Assembly (NCBI GenBank): GCA_964016885.1
Contig: OZ024744.1
Coordinates: forward strand, 101,866,001 to 101,930,000
From: Eledone cirrhosa
Taxonomy: Eukaryota
Direction of reading: 5' to 3'
DNA: 64,000 nucleotides
Part shown: positions 49,134-59,800 of the stretch, piece by piece
Layout of the letters: each line of letters opens with the position of its first letter
Numbering within the stretch: position 1 is the stretch's first letter
Made by a program: the position numbers and the translations under genes
The notes under the pieces: model-generated
What the model was told of the DNA's origin: nothing
The model's database searches: none
What the model saw: only the letters and a program-made list of their open reading frames with translations

Positions 49134-50018
49134 CAGTCAGTCTAATACTTTACTGTCTATAGTTAGTCTAATACTTTACAGTCTATAGTTAGTCTAATAC
49201 TTTACTGTCTTATGAGAAGCTAAATATTATGGGCTTATGAGAAGCTAAGTATTATGGGCTTATGACAAGCTAAATATGGCCTTATGAAATGCTAAATATG
49301 GTCTTATGAGAAGATAAATATTGTGGTCTTATGAGAAGATAAATATTGGTTTTATGAGAAGCTAATTATTATGGTCTTAACAAAACTTAAATACTTATGA
49401 GAAGTTAAATATTATGGTCTTATGAGAAGCTAAATATGGTCTCAGAAGTTAAATGTGGTCTCATGAGAAGCTGAATAATATGGTCTTATGAGAAGCTAAA
49501 TATGGTCTTATGTAAATTCAGATATTATGGTCTTATGAGAAGCTAAATACAGTGTTCTTATGAGAAGCTAATTATGGGCTTATGAAATCCAACCTTATGA
49601 GAAACTAAACATTATGGTCTCAGAAGCTAAATATTATGCCTGTATTAGAAGTTAAATATGGTCTTATGTGAAGCTACATATTGTGTCATTATGAATGGCT
49701 AAATCTAGTCTTATGAGAAGTTAAACATTATCGTCTTATAAGAAGCTAATTATAGTCTTATGCAGAACTAAATATGGTTTTATTGGAAGCTAGATAATAC
49801 GGTCTTATGAGAAGCTAAATATTATGCTCTTATTAGAAGTTGAATATTAGGGTCTTGTGAGCATCTACACATTATGGTCTTAACAGTAGCTCAATAATAT
49901 GGTCTTGTGAGAAGCTGAATAGTATTGTCTGATAGGAAGCTAAATATTATGGTCTTATGAGAAACTAAATATGGTCTTATGAGAAGCTTAATATTATGGT
50001 CTTATGAGAAGATAATTA
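49134..50018 (+). repeat. Spacer module 8
   Basis: Copy of module 7 at +1671. Confidence 0.95.
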
Positions 50019-50804
50019 TGTTTATTGTTGGCTTTGTTTATTGTTGGTTTGTTTATTGTTGGCTTTGTTTATTGTTGGTTTGTTTATTGTTGGCTTTGTT
50101 TATTGTTGGTTTATTTATTGTTGGCTTTGTTTATTGTTGGTTTGTTTATTGTTGGCTTTGTTTATTGTTGCTTTGTTTATTATTGGCTTTGTTTATTGTT
50201 GGCTTTGTTTATTGTTGGCTTTGTTTATTATTGGCTTTATTTATTGTTGGTATATTTATTGTTGGCTTTGTTTATTGTTAGTTTTGTTTATTGTTTGTTT
50301 CTTTATTGTTGGTTTGTTTATTGTTGGTTTGTTTATTGTTGGTTTGTTTATTGTTGGTTTGTTTATTCTTGGTTTGTTTATTGTTGGCTTTGTTTATTGT
50401 TGCCTTGTTTATTGTTGGCTTTGTTTATTGTTGGTTTGTTTATCGTTGGCTTTGTTTATTGTTGGTTTGTTTATTGTTGGTTTGTTTATTGTTGGCTTTG
50501 TTTATTGTTGGTTTGTTTATCGTTAGCTTTGTTTAATGTTGGTTTGTTTATTGTTGGCTTTGTTTATTGTTTTTTTGTTTATTGTTGGCTTTGTTTATTG
50601 TTGGTTTGTTTATTGTTGGTTTGTTTATCGTTAGCTTTGTTTAATGTTGGATTATTTATTGTTGGTTTTGTTTATTGTCGGTTTCTTTATTGTTGGCTTT
50701 GTTTATTGTGGGTTTGTTTATTGTTGGATTTGTTTATTTTTGGTTTGTTTATTATTGGCTTTTTTATTGCTGGTTTGTTTATTGTTGGCTTTGTTTATTG
50801 TTGT
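50019..50804 (+). repeat. A array 9, 786 bp
   Basis: Copy of array 8 at +1671. Confidence 0.95.
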
Positions 50805-51689
50805 CAGTCAGTCTAATACTTTACTGTCTATAGTTAGTCTAATACTTTACAGTCTATAGTTAGTCTAATACTTTACTGTCTTATGAGAAGCTAAATATTA
50901 TGGGCTTATGAGAAGCTAAGTATTATGGGCTTATGACAAGCTAAATATGGCCTTATGAAATGCTAAATATGGTCTTATGAGAAGATAAATATTGTGGTCT
51001 TATGAGAAGATAAATATTGGTTTTATGAGAAGCTAATTATTATGGTCTTAACAAAACTTAAATACTTATGAGAAGTTAAATATTATGGTCTTATGAGAAG
51101 CTAAATATGGTCTCAGAAGTTAAATGTGGTCTCATGAGAAGCTGAATAATATGGTCTTATGAGAAGCTAAATATGGTCTTATGTAAATTCAGATATTATG
51201 GTCTTATGAGAAGCTAAATACAGTGTTCTTATGAGAAGCTAATTATGGGCTTATGAAATCCAACCTTATGAGAAACTAAACATTATGGTCTCAGAAGCTA
51301 AATATTATGCCTGTATTAGAAGTTAAATATGGTCTTATGTGAAGCTACATATTGTGTCATTATGAATGGCTAAATCTAGTCTTATGAGAAGTTAAACATT
51401 ATCGTCTTATAAGAAGCTAATTATAGTCTTATGCAGAACTAAATATGGTTTTATTGGAAGCTAGATAATACGGTCTTATGAGAAGCTAAATATTATGCTC
51501 TTATTAGAAGTTGAATATTAGGGTCTTGTGAGCATCTACACATTATGGTCTTAACAGTAGCTCAATAATATGGTCTTGTGAGAAGCTGAATAGTATTGTC
51601 TGATAGGAAGCTAAATATTATGGTCTTATGAGAAACTAAATATGGTCTTATGAGAAGCTTAATATTATGGTCTTATGAGAAGATAATTA
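50805..51689 (+). repeat. Spacer module 9
   Basis: Copy of module 7 at +3342. Confidence 0.95.
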
Positions 51690-52475
51690 TGTTTATTGTT
51701 GGCTTTGTTTATTGTTGGTTTGTTTATTGTTGGCTTTGTTTATTGTTGGTTTGTTTATTGTTGGCTTTGTTTATTGTTGGTTTATTTATTGTTGGCTTTG
51801 TTTATTGTTGGTTTGTTTATTGTTGGCTTTGTTTATTGTTGCTTTGTTTATTATTGGCTTTGTTTATTGTTGGCTTTGTTTATTGTTGGCTTTGTTTATT
51901 ATTGGCTTTATTTATTGTTGGTATATTTATTGTTGGCTTTGTTTATTGTTAGTTTTGTTTATTGTTTGTTTCTTTATTGTTGGTTTGTTTATTGTTGGTT
52001 TGTTTATTGTTGGTTTGTTTATTGTTGGTTTGTTTATTCTTGGTTTGTTTATTGTTGGCTTTGTTTATTGTTGCCTTGTTTATTGTTGGCTTTGTTTATT
52101 GTTGGTTTGTTTATCGTTGGCTTTGTTTATTGTTGGTTTGTTTATTGTTGGTTTGTTTATTGTTGGCTTTGTTTATTGTTGGTTTGTTTATCGTTAGCTT
52201 TGTTTAATGTTGGTTTGTTTATTGTTGGCTTTGTTTATTGTTTTTTTGTTTATTGTTGGCTTTGTTTATTGTTGGTTTGTTTATTGTTGGTTTGTTTATC
52301 GTTAGCTTTGTTTAATGTTGGATTATTTATTGTTGGTTTTGTTTATTGTCGGTTTCTTTATTGTTGGCTTTGTTTATTGTGGGTTTGTTTATTGTTGGAT
52401 TTGTTTATTTTTGGTTTGTTTATTATTGGCTTTTTTATTGCTGGTTTGTTTATTGTTGGCTTTGTTTATTGTTGT
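51690..52475 (+). repeat. A array 10, 786 bp
   Basis: Copy of array 8 at +3342. Confidence 0.95.
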
Positions 52476-53360
52476 CAGTCAGTCTAATACTTTACTGTCT
52501 ATAGTTAGTCTAATACTTTACAGTCTATAGTTAGTCTAATACTTTACTGTCTTATGAGAAGCTAAATATTATGGGCTTATGAGAAGCTAAGTATTATGGG
52601 CTTATGACAAGCTAAATATGGCCTTATGAAATGCTAAATATGGTCTTATGAGAAGATAAATATTGTGGTCTTATGAGAAGATAAATATTGGTTTTATGAG
52701 AAGCTAATTATTATGGTCTTAACAAAACTTAAATACTTATGAGAAGTTAAATATTATGGTCTTATGAGAAGCTAAATATGGTCTCAGAAGTTAAATGTGG
52801 TCTCATGAGAAGCTGAATAATATGGTCTTATGAGAAGCTAAATATGGTCTTATGTAAATTCAGATATTATGGTCTTATGAGAAGCTAAATACAGTGTTCT
52901 TATGAGAAGCTAATTATGGGCTTATGAAATCCAACCTTATGAGAAACTAAACATTATGGTCTCAGAAGCTAAATATTATGCCTGTATTAGAAGTTAAATA
53001 TGGTCTTATGTGAAGCTACATATTGTGTCATTATGAATGGCTAAATCTAGTCTTATGAGAAGTTAAACATTATCGTCTTATAAGAAGCTAATTATAGTCT
53101 TATGCAGAACTAAATATGGTTTTATTGGAAGCTAGATAATACGGTCTTATGAGAAGCTAAATATTATGCTCTTATTAGAAGTTGAATATTAGGGTCTTGT
53201 GAGCATCTACACATTATGGTCTTAACAGTAGCTCAATAATATGGTCTTGTGAGAAGCTGAATAGTATTGTCTGATAGGAAGCTAAATATTATGGTCTTAT
53301 GAGAAACTAAATATGGTCTTATGAGAAGCTTAATATTATGGTCTTATGAGAAGATAATTA
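52476..53360 (+). repeat. Spacer module 10
   Basis: Copy of module 7 at +5013. Confidence 0.95.
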
Positions 53361-54146
53361 TGTTTATTGTTGGCTTTGTTTATTGTTGGTTTGTTTATTG
53401 TTGGCTTTGTTTATTGTTGGTTTGTTTATTGTTGGCTTTGTTTATTGTTGGTTTATTTATTGTTGGCTTTGTTTATTGTTGGTTTGTTTATTGTTGGCTT
53501 TGTTTATTGTTGCTTTGTTTATTATTGGCTTTGTTTATTGTTGGCTTTGTTTATTGTTGGCTTTGTTTATTATTGGCTTTATTTATTGTTGGTATATTTA
53601 TTGTTGGCTTTGTTTATTGTTAGTTTTGTTTATTGTTTGTTTCTTTATTGTTGGTTTGTTTATTGTTGGTTTGTTTATTGTTGGTTTGTTTATTGTTGGT
53701 TTGTTTATTCTTGGTTTGTTTATTGTTGGCTTTGTTTATTGTTGCCTTGTTTATTGTTGGCTTTGTTTATTGTTGGTTTGTTTATCGTTGGCTTTGTTTA
53801 TTGTTGGTTTGTTTATTGTTGGTTTGTTTATTGTTGGCTTTGTTTATTGTTGGTTTGTTTATCGTTAGCTTTGTTTAATGTTGGTTTGTTTATTGTTGGC
53901 TTTGTTTATTGTTTTTTTGTTTATTGTTGGCTTTGTTTATTGTTGGTTTGTTTATTGTTGGTTTGTTTATCGTTAGCTTTGTTTAATGTTGGATTATTTA
54001 TTGTTGGTTTTGTTTATTGTCGGTTTCTTTATTGTTGGCTTTGTTTATTGTGGGTTTGTTTATTGTTGGATTTGTTTATTTTTGGTTTGTTTATTATTGG
54101 CTTTTTTATTGCTGGTTTGTTTATTGTTGGCTTTGTTTATTGTTGT
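53361..54146 (+). repeat. A array 11, 786 bp
   Basis: Copy of array 8 at +5013. Confidence 0.95.
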
Positions 54147-55031
54147 CAGTCAGTCTAATACTTTACTGTCTATAGTTAGTCTAATACTTTACAGTCTATA
54201 GTTAGTCTAATACTTTACTGTCTTATGAGAAGCTAAATATTATGGGCTTATGAGAAGCTAAGTATTATGGGCTTATGACAAGCTAAATATGGCCTTATGA
54301 AATGCTAAATATGGTCTTATGAGAAGATAAATATTGTGGTCTTATGAGAAGATAAATATTGGTTTTATGAGAAGCTAATTATTATGGTCTTAACAAAACT
54401 TAAATACTTATGAGAAGTTAAATATTATGGTCTTATGAGAAGCTAAATATGGTCTCAGAAGTTAAATGTGGTCTCATGAGAAGCTGAATAATATGGTCTT
54501 ATGAGAAGCTAAATATGGTCTTATGTAAATTCAGATATTATGGTCTTATGAGAAGCTAAATACAGTGTTCTTATGAGAAGCTAATTATGGGCTTATGAAA
54601 TCCAACCTTATGAGAAACTAAACATTATGGTCTCAGAAGCTAAATATTATGCCTGTATTAGAAGTTAAATATGGTCTTATGTGAAGCTACATATTGTGTC
54701 ATTATGAATGGCTAAATCTAGTCTTATGAGAAGTTAAACATTATCGTCTTATAAGAAGCTAATTATAGTCTTATGCAGAACTAAATATGGTTTTATTGGA
54801 AGCTAGATAATACGGTCTTATGAGAAGCTAAATATTATGTTCTTATTAGAAGTTGAATATTAGGGTCTTGTGAGCATCTACACATTATGGTCTTAACAGT
54901 AGCTCAATAATATGGTCTTGTGAGAAGCTGAATAGTATTGTCTGATAGGAAGCTAAATATTATGGTCTTATGAGAAACTAAATATGGTCTTATGAGAAGC
55001 TTAATATTATGGTCTTATGAGAAGATAATTA
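54147..55031 (+). repeat. Spacer module 11
   Basis: Copy of module 7 at +6684, with one visible substitution at 54840 (TTATGTTCTT versus TTATGCTCTT). Confidence 0.95.
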
Positions 55032-56000
55032 TGTTTATTGTTGGCTTTGTTTATTGTTGGTTTGTTTATTGTTGGCTTTGTTTATTGTTGGTTTGTTTAT
55101 TGTTGGCTTTGTTTATTGTTGGTTTGTTTATTCTTGGCTTTGTTTATGTTGGTTTGTTTATTGTTGGTTTGTTTATTGTTGGCTTTGTTTATTGTTGGGT
55201 TTTTTATTGCTGGCTTTGTTTAATATTGGTTTGTTTATTGTTGGCTTTGTTTATTGTTGTTTTGTTTATTGTTGGCTATGTTTATTGATGGTTTGTTTAT
55301 TGTTGGCTTTGTTTATTGTTGGTTTGTTTATTGTTTGTTTGTTTATTGTTGGCTTTGTTTATTGTTGGTTTGTTTATTGTTGGCTTTTTTTATTGTTGGT
55401 TTGTTTATTGTTGGCTTTTTTTATTGTTGGTTTGTTTATTGTTGGCTTTGTTTATTGTTGGTTTGTTTATTATTGGCTTTGTTTATTGTTGGTTGTTTTA
55501 TTGTTGGCTTTGTTTATTGTTGTTTTGTTTATTGTTGGCTATGTTTATTGTTGGTTTGTTTATTGTTGGCTTTGTTTATTGTTGGTTTGTTTATTGTTTG
55601 TTTGTTTATTGTTGGCTTTGTTTATTGTTGGTTTGTTTATTGTTGGTTTGTTTATTGTTGGTTTGTTTATTATTAGCGTTGTTTAATGTTGGTTTGGTTA
55701 TTGTTGGTTTGTTTATTGTTGGTTTGTTTATTGTTGGCTTTGTTTATTCTTGGTTTGTTTATTGTTGGCTTTGTTTATTATTGGTTTCCTTATTGTTGGT
55801 TTTGTTTATTGTTGGTTTGTTTATCGTTAGCTTTGTTTAATGTTGGATTATTTATTGTTGGTTTTGTTTATTGTCGGTTTCTTTATTGTTGGCTTTGTTT
55901 ATTGTGGGTTTGTTTATTGTTGGATTTGTTTATTTTTGGTTTGTTTATTATTGGCTTTTTTATTGCTGGTTTGTTTATTGTTGGCTTTGTTTATTGTTGT
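55032..56000 (+). repeat. A array 12, 969 bp (chimera of the common array head and the array-7 tail)
   Basis: The first ~94 bp match the array-8 head. The remainder matches 46570-47462 at offset 8538. Confidence 0.93.
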
Positions 56001-56885
56001 CAGTCAGTCTAATACTTTACTGTCTATAGTTAGTCTAATACTTTACAGTCTATAGTTAGTCTAATACTTTACTGTCTTATGAGAAGCTAAATATTATGGG
56101 CTTATGAGAAGCTAAGTATTATGGGCTTATGACAAGCTAAATATGGCCTTATGAAATGCTAAATATGGTCTTATGAGAAGATAAATATTGTGGTCTTATG
56201 AGAAGATAAATATTGGTTTTATGAGAAGCTAATTATTATGGTCTTAACAAAACTTAAATACTTATGAGAAGTTAAATATTATGGTCTTATGAGAAGCTAA
56301 ATATGGTCTCAGAAGTTAAATGTGGTCTCATGAGAAGCTGAATAATATGGTCTTATGAGAAGCTAAATATGGTCTTATGTAAATTCAGATATTATGGTCT
56401 TATGAGAAGCTAAATACAGTGTTCTTATGAGAAGCTAATTATGGGCTTATGAAATCCAACCTTATGAGAAACTAAACATTATGGTCTCAGAAGCTAAATA
56501 TTATGCCTGTATTAGAAGTTAAATATGGTCTTATGTGAAGCTACATATTGTGTCATTATGAATGGCTAAATCTAGTCTTATGAGAAGTTAAACATTATCG
56601 TCTTATAAGAAGCTAATTATAGTCTTATGCAGAACTAAATATGGTTTTATTGGAAGCTAGATAATACGGTCTTATGAGAAGCTAAATATTATGCTCTTAT
56701 TAGAAGTTGAATATTAGGGTCTTGTGAGCATCTACACATTATGGTCTTAACAGTAGCTCAATAATATGGTCTTGTGAGAAGCTGAATAGTATTGTCTGAT
56801 AGGAAGCTAAATATTATGGTCTTATGAGAAACTAAATATGGTCTTATGAGAAGCTTAATATTATGGTCTTATGAGAAGATAATTA
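56001..56885 (+). repeat. Spacer module 12 (B 56001-56075, C 56076-56885)
   Basis: Copy of module 7 at +8538. Confidence 0.95.
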
Positions 56886-59800
56886 TGTTTATTGTTGGCT
56901 TTGTTTATTGTTGGTTTGTTTATTGTTGGCTTTGTTTATTGTTGGTTTGTTTATTGTTGGCTTTGTTTATTGTTGGTTTATTTATTGTTGGCTTTGTTTA
57001 TTGTTGGTTTGTTTATTGTTGGCTTTGTTTATTGTTGCTTTGTTTATTATTGGCTTTGTTTATTGTTGGCTTTGTTTATTGTTGGCTTTGTTTATTATTG
57101 GCTTTATTTATTGTTGGTATATTTATTGTTGGCTTTGTTTATTGTTAGTTTTGTTTATTGTTTGTTTCTTTATTGTTGGTTTGTTTATTGTTGGTTTGTT
57201 TATTGTTGGTTTGTTTATTGTTGGTTTGTTTATTCTTGGTTTGTTTATTGTTGGCTTTGTTTATTGTTGCCTTGTTTATTGTTGGCTTTGTTTATTGTTG
57301 GTTTGTTTATCGTTGGCTTTGTTTATTGTTGGTTTGTTTATTGTTGGTTTGTTTATTGTTGGCTTTGTTTATTGTTGGTTTGTTTATCGTTAGCTTTGTT
57401 TAATGTTGGTTTGTTTATTGTTGGCTTTGTTTATTGTTTTTTTGTTTATTGTTGGCTTTGTTTATTGTTGGTTTTTTTATTGTTGGCTTTGTTTATTGTT
57501 GGTTTGTTTATTGTAGGCTTTGTTTATTGTTGCTTTGTTTATTATTGGCTTTGTTTATTATTGATTGTTTATTGATGGCTTTGTTTATTGTTGATTTTGT
57601 TTATTGTTGGCTTTGTTTATTTTTGGTTTGTTTATTATTAGCTCTGTTTATTGTTGGTTTTTTTATTGTTGACTTTGTTTATTGTTGGTTTGTTTATTGT
57701 TCGCTTTGTTTATTGTTGGTTTGTTTATTGTTGGCGTTGTTTATTGTTTTTTTGTTTATTGTTGGTTTATTTATTGTTGGCTTTGTTTATTGTTGGTTTG
57801 TTTATTGTTGGCTTTTTTTATTGTTGGCTTTGTTTATTGTTGGCTTTGTTTATTGTTGTCTTTGCTTATTGTTGGCTTTGTTTATTGTTGTTTTGTTTAT
57901 TGTTCGTTTGTTTATTATTGGCTTTGTTTATTGTTGGTTTGTTTATTCTTGGCTTTGTTTATTGTTGGTTTGTTTATTGTTGGCTTTGTTTATTGTTGGT
58001 TTGTTTATTGTTGGCTTTGTTTATTGTTAGTTTGTTTATTATTGGCTTGGTTTATTGTTGGTTTGTTTATTGTTGGCTTTGTTTATTTTTGGTTTATTTA
58101 TTGTTGGCTTTGTTTATTGTTGGTTTGTTTATTGTTGGCTTTGTTTATTGTTGGTTTGTTTATTTTTGGCTTTGTTTATTGTTGGTTTGTTTATTGTTGG
58201 CTTTCTTTATTGTTGGCTTTGTTTATTGTTGGTTTGTTTATTATTAGCTCTGTTCCTTGTTGGTTTGTTTATTTTTTGCTTTGTTTTTTGTTGGCTTTGT
58301 TTATTGTTGATTTTGTTTATTGTTGGCTTTGTTTATTGTTGGCTTTGTTTATTGTTGGCTTTGTTTATTGTTGGTTTGTTTATTGTTGGCTTTGTTTATT
58401 GTTGGTTTGTTTATTGTTGGCTTTGTTTATTGTTAGTTTGTTTATTATTGGCTTGGTTTATTGTTGGTTTGTTTATTTTTGGCTTTGTTTATTGTTGGTT
58501 TTTTTATTGTTGGCTTTGTTTATTGTTGGTTTATTTATTGTTGGCTTTGTTTATTGTTGGTTTGTTTATTGTTGGCTTTGTTTATTGTTGGTTTGTTTAT
58601 TGTTGGCTTTGTTTATTGTTGGTTTGTTTATTGTTGGCTTTCTTTATCGTTGGCTTTGTTTATTGTTGCTTTGTTTATTGTTGTCTTTGTTTATTGTTGG
58701 TTTGTTTATTGTTGGCTTTCTTTATTGTTGGTTTGTTTATTGTTGGTTTGTTTATTGTTGGCTTTGTTTATTGTTGGTTTGTTTTTTGTTGGCTTTGTTT
58801 ATTGTTGTCTTTTTTTATTGTTGGCTTTGTTTATTGTTGGCTTTGTTTGTTGTTGGCATTGTTTATTATTGGCTTTGTTTATTGTTGGTTTATTTATTGT
58901 TGGCTTTGTTTATTGTTGGTTTCGTTTATTGTTTGTTTATTGTTGGTTTGTTTATTGTTGATTTGTTTATTTTTGGTTTGTTTATTGTTGATTTGTTTAT
59001 TGTTGGTTTGTTTATTGTTGTTTTGGTTATTGTTGGCTTTGTTTATTGTTGTCTTTGTTTATTGTTGGTTTGTTTATTGTTGGCTTTGTTTATTGTTGGT
59101 TTGTTTATTGTTGGCTTTGTTTATTGTTGGTTTGTTTATCGTTAGCTTTGTTTAATGTTGGTTTGTTTATTGTTGGCTTTGTTTATTGTTGGTTTGTTTA
59201 TTGTTGGCTTTGTTTATTGTTGGTTTATTTATTGTTGGCTTTGTTTATTGTTGGTTTGTTTATTGTTGGCTTTGTTTATTGTTGCTTTGTTTATTATTGG
59301 CTTTGTTTATTATTGGTTTGTTTATTGATGGCTTGTTTATTGTTAGTTTGTTTAATGTTGGCTTTCTTTATTTTTGGTTTCTTTATTATTAGCTCTGTTT
59401 ATTTGTTGCTTTGTTTATTGTTGGCTTTGTTTATTGTTGATTTGTTTATTGTTCGCTTTGTTTATGGTTGGTTTGTTTATTGTTGGCTTTGTTTATTGTT
59501 TTTTTGTTTATTGTTCATTTGTATATTGTTGGCTTTGTTTATTGTTGGTTTGTTTATTGTTGGCTTTGTTTATTGTTGGCTTTGTTTATTATTGGCTTTG
59601 TTTATTGTTGGTTTATTTATTGTTGGCATTGTTTATTGTTGATTTTGTTTATTGCTTGTTTCTTTATTGTTGGTTTGTTTATTGTTGGTTTGTTTATTGT
59701 TGATTTGTTTATTGTTGGTTTGTTTATTGTTGGTTTGTTTATTGTTGGCTTTGTTTATTGTTGGCTTTGTTTATTGTTGGTTTGTTTATTGTTGGCTTTG

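Larger units (their letters stand above)
47263..55125 (+). repeat. Near-perfect 1671-bp higher-order repeat, ~4.7 copies (75 bp B + 810 bp C + 786 bp A)
   Basis: B starts at 47463, 49134, 50805, 52476 and 54147. Identical ORF translations recur every 1671 bp (48308, 49979, 51650, 53321; 47302, 48973, 50644, 52315, 53986). Confidence 0.97.
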
